A program made the translations under genes and the position numbers. A stretch of DNA of 64,000 bases from Squalus acanthias (taxonomy: Eukaryota): assembly GCA_030390025.1 (NCBI GenBank), contig JASTWF010000337.1:1-64000 (forward strand), read 5' to 3'. Positions 1 to 15,000 of this stretch are shown piece by piece (the stretch's first letter is position 1; every line of letters starts with the position of its first letter). The notes under the pieces are model-generated. The model did not search any database and had not been told where the DNA came from. It was given only the letters and a program-made list of their open reading frames with translations.

Positions 1-3000
1 GCTGCTTTTCTCTATAATATACACAGGGGCTGCTATTCCCTATAATATGCACAGGGGCTGCTATTCTCTATAATATACACAGGGGCTGCTATTCTCTATA
101 ATATACACAGGGGCTGCTATTCTCTATAATATACACAGGGGCTGCTATTCTCTATAATATACACAGGGGCTGCTATTCTCTATAATATACACAGGGGCTG
201 CTATTCTGTATAATATGCACAGGGGCTGCTATTCCCTATAATATACACAGGGGCTGCTATTCTGTATAATATGCACAGGGGCTGCTATTCCCTATAATAT
301 ACACAGGGGCTGTTATTCTCTATAATATGCACAGGGGCTGCTATTCTCTATAATATGCACAGGGGCTGCTATTCCCTGTAATATACACAGGGGCTGTTAT
401 TCTCTATAATATGCACAGGGGCTGCTATTCCCTATAATATACACAGGGGCTGCTATTCTGTATAATATGCACAGGGGCTGCTATTCTCTATAATATGCAC
501 AGGGGCTGTTATTCTCTATAATATGCACAGGGGCTGCTATTCTCTATAATATGCACAGGGGCTGCTATTCTCTATAATATGCTCAGGGGCTGCTATTCTC
601 TATAATATACACAGGGGGCTGTTATTCTCTATAATAAACACAGGAGCTGCTATTCTCTATAATATTCACAGGGGCTGCTATTCTGAATAATATACGCAGG
701 TGCTCATATTCACTACAATATACACAGGGGCTGCTATTCTCTATAATATTCACAGGGGCTGCTATTCTGAATAATATACGCAGGTGCTCATATTCACTAC
801 AATATACACAGGGGCTGCTATTCCCTATAATATACACAGGGGCTGCTATTCTGTATAATATGCAGAGGGGCTGCTATTCTCTATAATATACACATGGGCT
901 GCTATTCCCTATAGTATACACAGGGTCTGCTATTCCCTATAGTATACACAGGGGCTGCTATTCACTATAATATACACAGGGACTGATATTCCCTATAGTA
1001 TACACAGGAGCTGATATTCTCTATAATATGCATAGGGACTGCTATTGTCTATATTTTACACAGGGGCTGCTATTCAGTATAATATACTTAGGGACAGCTT
1101 TCCCCTATAATATACACAGGGGCAGTTATTTTCTATAATATACACAGGGCCCGCTAATCTCTATAATATGCACAGGAGCTGCTATTCTCTATAATATACA
1201 CAGGAGCTGCTATTCTCTATAATATACACAGGAGCTGCTATTCTCTATAATATACACGGGGCAGCTATTCTCTATAATATTCACAGGGGGCTGTTATTCT
1301 CTATAATATACACAGGGGCTGTTAGTCTCTATAAAATACACAGGGGCTGCTATTCGCTATAATATACACAGGGGCTGCTATTCCCTATAATATACACGGG
1401 GCTGCTATTCTCTATAATATACACAGGGGCTGCTATTCTCTATAATATACACAGGGGCTGTTAGTCTCTATAAAATACACAGGGGCTGCTATTCTCTATA
1501 ATATACACAGGGGCTGCTATTCCCTATAATATACACGGGGCTGCTATTCTCTATAATATACACAGGTGCTGCTATTCTCTATAATATACACAGGGGCTGC
1601 TATTCTCTGTAATATACACAGGGCTGCTATTCTCTATAATATACACAGGGGCTGCTATTCTCTATAATATACACAGGGGCTGCTATTCTCTATAATATAC
1701 ACAGGGGGCTGTTATTCTCTATAATATACACAGGCGCTGCTATTCTCTATAATATACACGGGGCTGCTTTTCACTACAATATACACAGGGGCTGCTATTC
1801 TCTGTAATATACACAGGGACTGCTATTCCCTATAATATACACAGGGGCTGCTATTCTCTGTAATATACACAGGGACTGCTATTCCCTATAATATACACAG
1901 GGGCTGCTATTCTCTATAGTATACAAAGCGGCTCTTAATCTCTGTAATATACACAGGGACTGCTTTGCCCTATAATATTCAAAGGGCAGCTATTCTCTAT
2001 AATATGCATCGGGGCTGCTATTCTCTATAATATGCACAGGAGCTGCTATTCTCTATAATATACACAGGGGCTGCTATTCTCTATAATATACACAGGGGCT
2101 GCTATTCTCTATAATATACACAGGGGCTACTATTCTCTATAATATGCACAGGAGCTGCTTTTCTCTATAATATACACAGGGGCTGCTATTCTCTATAATA
2201 TACACAGGATCTGCTATTCTCTATAATATACACAGGGACTGCTATTCCCTATAATATTCAAAGGGCAGCTATTCTCTATAATATGCATCGGGGCTGCTAT
2301 TCTCTATAATATGCACAGGGGCTGCTATTCTCTATAATATACACAGGGGCTGCTATTCTCTATAATATACACAGGGTCTGCTATTCTCTATAATATGCAC
2401 AGGGGCTGCTATTCTCTATAATATACACGGGGCTGCTTTTCACTACAATATACACAGGGGCTGCTAGTCTCTATAATATACACGGGGCTGCTTTTCTCTA
2501 TAATATACACAGGGGCTGCTATTCTCTATAATATGCACAGGGGCTGCTATTCTCTATAATATACACAGGGGCTGCTATTCTCTATAATATACACAGGGGC
2601 TGCTATTCTCTATAATATACACAGGGGCTGCTATTCTCTATAATATACACAGGGGCTGTTATTCTCTATAATATGCACAGGGGCTGCTAGTCTCTATAAT
2701 ATACACGGGGCTGCTTTTCTCTATAATATACACAGGGGCTGCTAGTCTCTATAATATACACGGGGCTGCTATTCTCTATAATATGCACAGGGGCAGCTAT
2801 TCTCTATAATATGCACAGGGGGCTGTTATCCTCTATAATATACACAGGGGCTGCTATTCTCTATAATATACACAGGGGCTGTTATTCTCTATAATATACA
2901 CAGGGGCTGCTATTCTCTATAATATACACAGGAGCTGTTATTCTCTATAATATAGACAGGGGCTGCTATTCTCTATAATATACACAGGGGCTGCTATTCT

Positions 3001-6000
3001 CTATAATATAAACAGGGGCTGCTATTCTCTATAATATGCACAGGAGCTGCTTTTCTCTATAATATACACAGGGGCTGCTATTCCCTATAATATGCACAGG
3101 GGCTGCTATTCTCTATAATATACACAGGGGCTGCTATTCTCTATAATATACACAGGGGCTGCTATTCTCTATAATATACACAGGGGCTGCTATTCTCTAT
3201 AATATACACAGGGGCTGCTATTCTCTATAATATACACAGGGGCTGCTATTCTGTATAATATGCACAGGGGCTGCTATTCCCTATAATATACACAGGGGCT
3301 GCTATTCTGTATAATATACACAGGGGCTGCTATTCCCTATAATATACACAGGGGCTGCTATTCTGTATAATATGCAGAGGGGCTGCTATTCTCTATAATA
3401 TGCACAGGGGCTGTTATTCTCTATAATATGCACAGGGGCTGCTATTCTCTATAATATGCACAGGGGCTGCTATTCTCTATAATATGCACAGGGGGCTGTT
3501 ATTCTCTATAATAAACACAGGAGCTGCTATTCTCTATAATATACACAGGGGCTGCTATTCTCTATAATATTCACAGGGGCTGCTATTCTGAATAATATAC
3601 GCAGGTGCTCATATTCACTACAATATACACAGGGGCTGCTATTCTGTATAATATGCACAGGGGCTGCTATTCCCTATAATATACACAGGGGCTGCTATTC
3701 TGTATAATATGCACAGGGGCTGCTATTCTCTATAATATGCACAGGGGCTGTTATTCTCTATAATATGCACAGGGGCTGCTATTCTCTATAATATGCACAG
3801 GGGCTGCTATTCTCTATAATATGCACAGGGGCTGCTATTCTCTATAATATGCACAGGGGGCTGTTATTCTCTATAATAAACACAGGAGCTGCTATTCTCT
3901 ATAATATTCACAGGGGCTGCTATTCTGAATAATATACGCAGGTGCTCATATTCACTACAATATACACAGGGGCTGCTATTCTCTATAATATTCACAGGGG
4001 CTGCTATTCTGAATAATATACGCAGATGCTCATATTCACTACAATATACACAGGGGCTGCTATTCCCTATAATATACACAGGGGCTGCTATTCTGTATAA
4101 TATGCAGAGGGGCTGCTATTCTCTATAATATACACATGGGCTGCTATTCCCTATAGTATACACAGGGTCTGCTATTCCCTATAGTATACACAGGGGCTGC
4201 TATTCACTATAATATACACAGGGACTGATATTCCCTATAGTATACACAGGAGCTGATATTCTCTATAATATGCATAGGGACTGCTATTGTCTATATTTTA
4301 CACAGGGGCTGCTATTCAGTATAATATACTTAGGGACAGCTTTCCCCTATAATATACACAGGGGCAGTTATTTTCTATAATATACACAGGGCCCGCTAAT
4401 CTCTATAATATGCACAGGAGCTGCTATTCTCTATAACATACACAGGGGCTGCTATTCCCTATAATATACACAGGAGCTGCTATTCCCTATAACATACACA
4501 GGGGCTGCTATTCCCTATAATATACACAAGGGCTGCTATTCCCTATAATATACACAAGGGCTGCTATTCCTTATAATATACACAGGGGCAGCTATTCCCT
4601 ATATTATACACAGGGGCTGCTATTCACTATAATATACGCAGGGGCTGCTATTCTCTATAATATACACACTGGCTGCTATTCTCTATAATATACACAGGGG
4701 CTGTTAGTCTCTATAAAATACACAGGGGCTGCTATTCTCTATAATATACACAGGGGCTGCTATTCCCTATAATATACACGGGGCTGCTATTCTCTATAAT
4801 ATACACAGGTGCTGCTATTCTCTATAATATACACAGGGGCTGCTATTCTCTGTAATATACACAGGGCTGCTATTCTCTATAATATACACAGGGGCTGCTA
4901 TTCTCTATAATATACACAGGGGCTGCTATTCTCTATAATATGCACAGGGGCTGCTAGTCTCTATAATATACACGGGGCTGCTTTTCTCTATAATATACAC
5001 AGGGGCTGCTAGTCTCTATAATATACACGGGGCTGCTTTTCTCTATAATATGCACAGGAGCTGCTTTTCTCTATAATATGCACAGGGGCAGCTATTCTCT
5101 ATAATATGCACAGGGGCTGCTATTCTCTATAATATGCACAGGGGCAGCTATTCTCTATAATATGCACAGGGGGCTGTTATCCTCTATAATATACACAGGG
5201 GCTGCTATTCTCTATAATATACACAGGGGCTGTTATTCTCTATAATATACACAGGGGCTGCTATTCTCTATAATATACACAGGGGCTGCTATTCTCTATA
5301 ATATAGACAGGGGCTGCTATTCTCTATAATATACACAGGGTCTGCTATTCCCTGTAATATACACAGGAGCTGCTATTCTCTATAATATACACAGGAGCTG
5401 CTATTCTCTACAATATACACAGGAGCTTCTATTCTCTATAATATACACAGGGGGCTGCTATTCTCTATAATATACACAGTAGCTGTTAATCTCTATAATA
5501 TGCACAGGAGCTGCTATTCTCTATAATATACACAGGAGCTGCTATTCTCTATAATATACACAGGAGCTGCTATTCTCTATAATATACACGGGGCAGCTAT
5601 TCTCTATAATATTCACAGGGGGCTGTTATTCTCTATAATATACACAGGGGCTGTTAGTCTCTATAAAATACACAGGGGCTGCTATTCTCTATAATATACA
5701 CAGGGGCTGCTATTCCCTATAATATACACGGGGCTGCTATTCTCTATAATATACACAGGGGCTGCTATTCTCTATAATATACACAGGGGCTGTTAGTCTC
5801 TATAAAATACACAGGGGCTGCTATTCTGTATAATATACACAGGGGCTGCTATTCCCTATAATATACACGGGGCTGCTATTCTCTATAATATACACAGGTG
5901 CTGCTATTCTCTATAATATACACAGGGGCTGCTATTCTCTGTAATATACACAGGGCTGCTATTCTCTATAATATACACAGGGGCTGCTATTCTCTATAAT

Positions 6001-9000
6001 ATACACAGGGGCTGCTATTCTCTATAATATACACAGGGGGCTGTTATTCTCTATAATATACACAGGCGCTGCTATTCTCTATAATATACACAGGGGCTGC
6101 TATTCTCCATAATATGCAGAGGCGCTGCTATTCTCTGTAATATACACAGGGACTGCTATTCCCTATAATATACACAGGGGCTGCTATTCTCTGTAATATA
6201 CACAGGGACTGCTATTCCCTATAATATACACAGGGGCTGCTATTCTCTATAGTATACAAAGCGGCTCATAATCTCTGTAATATACACAGGGACTGCTTTG
6301 CCCTATAATATTCAAAGGGCAGCTATTCTCTATAATATGCATCGGGGCTGCTATTCTCTATAATATGCACAGGAGCTGCTATTCTCTATAATATACACAG
6401 GGGCTGCTATTCTCTATAATATACACAGGGGCTGCTATTCTCTATAATATACACAGGGGCTACTATTCTCTATAATATGCACAGGAGCTGCTTTTCTCTA
6501 TAATATACACAGGGGCTGCTATTCTCTATAATATACACAGGATCTGCTATTCTCTATAATATACACAGGGACTGCTATTCCCTATAATATTCAAAGGGCA
6601 GCTATTCTCTATAATATGCATCGGGGCTGCTATTCTCTATAATATGCACAGGGGCTGCTATTCTCTATAATATACACAGGGGCTGCTATTCTCTATAATA
6701 TACACAGGGTCTGTTATTCTCTATAATATGCACAGGGGCTGCTATTCTCTATAATATACACGGGGCTGCTTTTCACTACAATATACACAGGGGCTGCTAG
6801 TCTCTATAATATACACGGGGCTGCTTTTCTCTATAATATACACAGGGGCTGCTATTCTCTATAATATGCACAGGGGCTGCTATTCTCTATAATATACACA
6901 GGGGCTGCTATTCTCTATAATATACACAGGGGCTGCTATTCTCTATAATATACACAGGGGCTGCTATTCTCTATAATATACACAGGGGCTGTTATTCTCT
7001 ATAATATGCACAGGGGCTGCTAGTCTCTATAATATACACGGGGCTGCTTTTCTCTATAATATACACAGGGGCTGCTAGTCTCTATAATATACACGGGGCT
7101 GCTATTCTCTATAATATGCACAGGGGCAGCTATTCTCTATAATATGCACAGGGGGCTGTTATTCTCTATAATATACACAGGGGCTGCTATTCTCTATAAT
7201 ATACACAGGGGCTGTTATTCTCTATAATATACACAGGGGCTGCTATTCTCTATAATATACACAGGGGCTGCTATTCTCTATAATATGCACAGGGGCTGCT
7301 ATTCCCTATAATATACACAGGGGCTACTATTCTCTATAATATACACAGGGGCTGCTATTCTCTATAATATACACAGGGGCTGCTATTCTCTATAATATAC
7401 ACAGGGGCTGCTATTCTCTATAATATACACAGGGGCTGCTATTCTCTATAATATACACAGGGGCTGCTATTCTCTATAATATACACAGGGGCTGCTATTC
7501 TCTATAATATGCACAGGGGCTGCTATTCTCTATAATATAAACAGGGGCTGCTATTCTCTATAATATGCACAGGAGCTGCTATTCTCTATAATATACACAG
7601 GGGCTGCTATTCTCTATAATATAAACAGGGGCTGCTATTCTCTATAATATGCACAGGAGCTGCTTTTCTCTATAATATACACAGGGGCTGCTATTCCCTA
7701 TAATATGCACAGGGGCTGCTATTCTCTATAATATACACAGGGGCTGCTATTCTCTATAATATACACAGGGGCTGCTATTCTCTATAATATACACAGGGGC
7801 TGCTATTCTCTATAATATACACAGGGGCTGCTATTCTCTATAATATACACAGGGGCTGCTATTCTGTATAATATGCACAGGGGCTGCTATTCCCTATAAT
7901 ATACACAGGGGCTGCTATTCTGTATAATATGCACAGGGGCTGCTATTCCCTATAATATACACAGGGGCTGTTATTCTCTATAATATGCACAGGGGCTGCT
8001 ATTCTCTATAATATGCACAGGGGCTGCTATTCCCTGTAATATACACAGGGGCTGTTATTCTCTATAATATGCACAGGGGCTGCTATTCCCTATAATATAC
8101 ACAGGGCTGCTATTCTGTATAATATGCACAGGGGCTGCTATTCTCTATAATATGCACAGGGGCTGTTATTCTCTATAATATGCACAGGGGCTGCTATTCT
8201 CTATAATATGCACAGGGGCTGCTATTCTCTATAATATGCTCAGGGGCTGCTATTCTCTATAATATGCACAGGGGGCTGTTATTCTCTATAATAAACACAG
8301 GAGCTGCTATTCTCTATAATATTCACAGGGGCTGCTATTCTGAATAATATACGCAGGTGCTCATATTCACTACAATATACACAGGGGCTGCTATTCTCTA
8401 TAATATTCACAGGGGCTGCTATTCTGAATAATATACGCAGGTGCTCATATTCACTACAATATACACAGGGGCTGCTATTCCCTATAATATACACAGGGGC
8501 TGCTATTCTGTATAATATGCAGAGGGGCTGCTATTCTCTATAATATACACATGGGCTGCTATTCCCTATAGTATACACAGGGTCTGCTATTCCCTATAGT
8601 ATACACAGGGGCTGCTATTCACTATAATATACACAGGGACTGATATTCCCTATAGTATACACAGGAGCTGATATTCTCTATAATATGCATAGGGACTGCT
8701 ATTGTCTATATTTTACACAGGGGCTGCTATTCAGTATAATATACTTAGGGACAGCTTTCCCCTATAATATACACAGGGGCAGTTATTTTCTATAATATAC
8801 ACAGGGCCCGCTAATCTCTATAATATGCACAGGAGCTGCTATTCTCTATAATATACACAGGAGCTGCTATTCTCTATAATATACACAGGAGCTGCTATTC
8901 TCTATAATATACACGGGGCAGCTATTCTCTATAATATTCACAGGGGGCTGTTATTCTCTATAATATACACAGGGGCTGTTAGTCTCTATAAAATACACAG

Positions 9001-12000
9001 GGGCTGCTATTCTCTATAATATACACAGGGGCTGCTATTCCCTATAATATACACGGGGCTGCTATTCTCTATAATATACACAGGGGCTGCTATTCTCTAT
9101 AATATACACAGGGGCTGTTAGTCTCTATAAAATACACAGGGGCTGCTATTCTCTATAATATACACAGGGGCTGCTATTCCCTATAATATACACGGGGCTG
9201 CTATTCTCTATAATATACACAGGTGCTGCTATTCTCTATAATATACACAGGGGCTGCTATTCTCTGTAATATACACAGGGCTGCTATTCTCTATAATATA
9301 CACAGGGGCTGCTATTCTCTATAATATACACAGGGGCTGCTATTCTCTATAATATACACAGGGGGCTGTTATTCTCTATAATATACACAGGCGCTGCTAT
9401 TCTCTATAATGTACACAGGGGCTGCTATTCTCCATAATATGCAGAGGCGCTGCTATTCTCTGTAATATACACAGGGACTGCTATTCCCTATAATATACAC
9501 AGGGGCTGCTATTCTCTGTAATATACACAGGGACTGCTATTCCCTATAATATACACAGGGGCTGCTATTCTCTATAGTATACAAAGCGGCTCATAATCTC
9601 TGTAATATACACAGGGACTGCTTTGCCCTATAATATTCAAAGGGCAGCTATTCTCTATAATATGCATCGGGGCTGCTATTCTCTATAATATGCACAGGAG
9701 CTGCTATTCTCTATAATATACACAGGGGCTGCTATTCTCTATAATATACACAGGGGCTGCTATTCTCTATAATATACACAGGGGCTACTATTCTCTATAA
9801 TATGCACAGGAGCTGCTTTTCTCTATAATATACACAGGGGCTGCTATTCTCTATAATATACACAGGATCTGCTATTCTCTATAATATACACAGGGACTGC
9901 TATTCCCTATAATATTCAAAGGGCAGCTATTCTCTATAATATGCATCGGGGCTGCTATTCTCTATAATATGCACAGGGGCTGCTATTCTCTATAATATAC
10001 ACAGGGGCTGCTATTCTCTATAATATACACAGGGTCTGTTATTCTCTATAATATGCACAGGGGCTGCTATTCTCTATAATATACACGGGGCTGCTGTTCA
10101 CTACAATATACACAGGGGCTGCTAGTCTCTATAATATACACGGGGCTGCTTTTCTCTATAATATACACAGGGGCTGCTATTCTCTATAATATGCACAGGG
10201 GCTGCTATTCTCTATAATATACACAGGGGCTGCTATTCTCTATAATATACACAGGGGCTGCTATTCTCTATAATATACACAGGGGCTGCTATTCTCTATA
10301 ATATACACAGGGGCTGTTATTCTCTATAATATGCACAGGGGCTGCTAGTCTCTATAATATACACGGGGCTGCTTTTCTCTATAATATACACAGGGGCTGC
10401 TAGTCTCTATAATATACACGGGGCTGCTATTCTCTATAATATGCACAGGGGCAGCTATTCTCTATAATATGCACAGGGGGCTGTTATCCTCTATAATATA
10501 CACAGGGGCTGCTATTCTCTATAATATACACAGGGGCTGCTATTCTCTATAATATACACAGGGGCTGCTATTCTCTATAATATACACAGGGGCTGCTATT
10601 CTCTATAATATAGACAGGGGCTGCTATTCTCTATAATATACACAGGGGCTGCTATTCTCTATAATATAAACAGGGGCTGCTATTCTCTATAATATGCACA
10701 GGAGCTGCTTTTCTCTATAATATACACAGGGGCTGCTATTCCCTATAATATGCACAGGGGCTGCTATTCTCTATAATATACACAGGGGCTGCTATTCTCT
10801 ATAATATACACAGGGGCTGCTATTCTCTATAATATACACAGGGGCTGCTATTCTCTATAATATACACAGGGGCTGCTATTCTCTATAATATACACAGGGG
10901 CTGCTATTCTGTATAATATGCACAGGGGCTGCTATTCCCTATAATATACACAGGGGCTGCTATTCTGTATAATATACACAGGGGCTGCTATTCCCTATAA
11001 TATACACAGGGGCTGCTATTCTGTATAATATGCAGAGGGGCTGCTATTCTCTATAATATGCACAGGGGCTGTTATTCTCTATAATATGCACAGGGGCTGC
11101 TATTCTCTATAATATGCACAGGGGCTGCTATTCTCTATAATATGCACAGGGGGCTGTTATTCTCTATAATAAACACAGGAGCTGCTATTCTCTATAATAT
11201 ACACAGGGGCTGCTATTCTCTATAATATTCACAGGGGCTGCTATTCTGAATAATATACGCAGGTGCTCATATTCACTACAATATACACAGGGGCTGCTAT
11301 TCTGTATAATATGCACAGGGGCTGCTATTCCCTATAATATACACAGGGGCTGCTATTCTGTATAATATGCACAGGGGCTGCTATTCTCTATAATATGCAC
11401 AGGGGCTGTTATTCTCTATAATATGCACAGGGGCTGCTATTCTCTATAATATGCACAGGGGCTGCTATTCTCTATAATATGCACAGGGGCTGCTATTCTC
11501 TATAATATGCACAGGGGCTGTTATTCTCTATAATATACACAGGAGCTGCTATTCTCTATAATATTCACAGGGGCTGCTATTCTGAATAATATACGCAGGT
11601 GCTCATATTCACTACAATATACACAGGGGCTGCTATTCTCTATAATATTCACAGGGGCTGCTATTCTGAATAATATACGCAGGTGCTCATATTCACTACA
11701 ATATACACAGGGGCTGCTATTCCCTATAATATACACAGGGGCTGCTATTCTGTATAATATGCAGAGGGGCTGCTATTCTCTATAATATACACATGGGCTG
11801 CTATTCCCTATAGTATACACAGGGTCTGCTATTCCCTATAGTATACACAGGGGCTGCTATTCACTATAATATACACAGGGACTGATATTCCCTATAGTAT
11901 ACACAGGAGCTGATATTCTCTATAATATGCATAGGGACTGCTATTGTCTATATTTTACACAGGGGCTGCTATTCAGTATAATATACTTAGGGACAGCTTT

Positions 12001-15000
12001 CCCCTATAATATACACAGGGGCAGTTATTTTCTATAATATACACAGGGCCCGCTAATCTCTATAATATGCACAGGAGCTGCTATTCTCTATAACATACAC
12101 AGGGGCTGCTATTCCCTATAATATACACAGGAGCTGCTATTCCCTATAACATACACAGGGGCTGCTAATCCCTATAATATACACAAGGGCTGCTATTCCC
12201 TATAATATACACAAGGGCTGCTATTCCTTATAATATACACAGGGGCAGCTATTCCTATATTATACACAGGGGCTGCTATTCACTATAATATACGCAGGGG
12301 CTGCTATTCTCTATAATATACACACTGGCTGCTATTCTCTATAATATACACAGGGGCTGTTAGTCTCTATAAAATACACAGGGGCTGCTATTCTCTATAA
12401 TATACACAGGGGCTGCTATTCCCTATAATATACACGGGGCTGCTATTCTCTATAATATACACAGGTGCTGCTATTCTCTATAATATACACAGGGGCTGCT
12501 ATTCTCTGTAATATACACAGGGCTGCTATTCTCTATAATATACACAGGGGCTGCTATTCTCTATAATATACACAGGGGCTGCTATTCTCTATAATATACA
12601 CAGGGGGCTGTTATTCTCTATAATATACACAGGCGCTGCTATTCTCTATAATATACACAGGGGCTGCTATTCTCCATAATATGCACAGGCGCTGCTATTC
12701 TCTGTAATATACACAGGGACTGCTATTCCCTATAATATACACAGGGGCTGCTATTCTCTGTAATATACACAGGGACTGCTATTCCCTATAATATACACAG
12801 GGGCTGCTATTCTCTATAGTATACAAAGCGGCTCATAATCTCTGTAATATACACAGGGACTGCTTTGCCCTATAATATTCAAAGGGCAGCTATTCTCTAT
12901 AATATGCATCGGGGCTGCTATTCTCTATAATATGCTCAGGAGCTGCTATTCTCTATAATATACACAGGGGCTGCTATTCTCTATAATATACACAGGGGCT
13001 GCTATTCTCTATAATATACACAGGGGCTACTATTCTCTATAATATGCACAGGAGCTGCTTTTCTCTATAATATACACAGGGGCTGCTATTCTCTATAATA
13101 TACACAGGATCTGCTATTCTCTATAATATACACAGGGACTGCTATTCCCTATAATATTCAAAGGGCAGCTATTCTCTATAATATGCATCGGGGCTGCTAT
13201 TCTCTATAATATGCACAGGGGCTGCTATTCTCTATAATATACACAGGGGCTGCTATTCTCTATAATATACACAGGGTCTGTTATTCTCTATAATATGCAC
13301 AGGGGCTGCTATTCTCTATAATATACACGGGGCTGCTTTTCACTACAATATACACAGGGGCTGCTAGTCTCTATAATATACACGGGGCTGCTTTTCTCTA
13401 TAATATACACAGGGGCTGCTATTCTCTATAATATGCACAGGGGCTGCTATTCTCTATAATATACACAGGGGCTGCTATTCTCTATAATATACACAGGGGC
13501 TGCTATTCTCTATAATATACACAGGAGCTGCTATTCTCTATAATATACACAGGGGCTGCTATTCTCTATAATATACACAGGGGCTGCTATTCTCTATAAT
13601 ATACACAGGGGCTGCTATTCTCTATAATATACACAGGAGCTGCTATTCTCTATAATATACACAGGGGCTGCTATTCTCTATAATATACACAGGGGCTGCT
13701 ATTCTCTATAATATACACAGGGGCTGCTATTCTCTATAATATACACAGGGGCTGCTATTCTCTATAATATACACAGGAGCTGCCATTCTCTATAATATAC
13801 ACAGGGGCTGCTATTCTCTATAATATACACAGGGGCTGCTATTCTCTATAATATACGCAGTGGCTGTTATTCTCTATAATATGCACAGGGGCTGCTAGTC
13901 TCTATAATATACACGGGGCTGCTTTTCTCTATAATATACACAGGGGCTGCTAGTCTCTATAATATACACGGGGCTGCTATTCTCTATAATATGCACAGGG
14001 GCAGCTATTCTCTATAATATGCACAGGGGGCTGTTATCCTCTATAATATACACAGGGGCTGCTATTCTCTATAATATACACAGGGGCTGCTATTCTCTAT
14101 AATATACACAGGGGCTGCTATTCTCTATAATATACACAGGGGCTGCTATTCTCTATAATATACACAGGGGCTGCTATTCTCTATAATATACACAGGGGCT
14201 GCTATTCTCTATAATATAAACAGGGGCTGCTATTCTCTATAATATACACAGGAGCTGCTATTCTCTATAATATACACAGGGGCTGCTATTCTCTATAATA
14301 TAAACAGGGGCTGCTATTCTCTATAATATGCACAGGAGCTGCTATTCTCTATAATATACACAGGGGCTGCTATTCCCTATAATATGCACAGGGGCTGCTA
14401 TTCTCTATAATATACACAGGGGCTGCTATTCTCTATAATATACACAGGGGCTGCTATTCTCTATAATATACACAGGGGCTGCTATTCTCTATAATATACA
14501 CAGGGGCTGCTATTCTCTATAATATACACAGGGGCTGCTATTCTGTATAATATGCACAGGGGCTGCTATTCCCTATAATATACACAGGGGCTGCTATTCT
14601 GTATAATATGCACAGGGGCTGCTATTCCCTATAATATACACAGGGGCTGCTATTCCCTATAATATACACAGGGGCTGCTATTCTGTATAATATGCAGAGG
14701 GGGCTGTTATTCTCTATAATAAACACAGGAGCTGCTATTCTCTATAATATACACAGGGGCTGCTATTCTCTATAATATGCACAGGGGGCTGTTATTCTCT
14801 ATAATAAACACAGGAGCTGCTATTCTCTATAATATACACAGGGGCTGCTATTCTCTATAATATTCACAGGGGCTGCTATTCTGAATAATATACGCAGGTG
14901 CTCATATTCACTACAATATACACAGGGGCTGCTATTCTCTATAATATTCACAGGGGCTGCTATTCTGAATAATATACGCAGGTGCTCATATTCACTACAA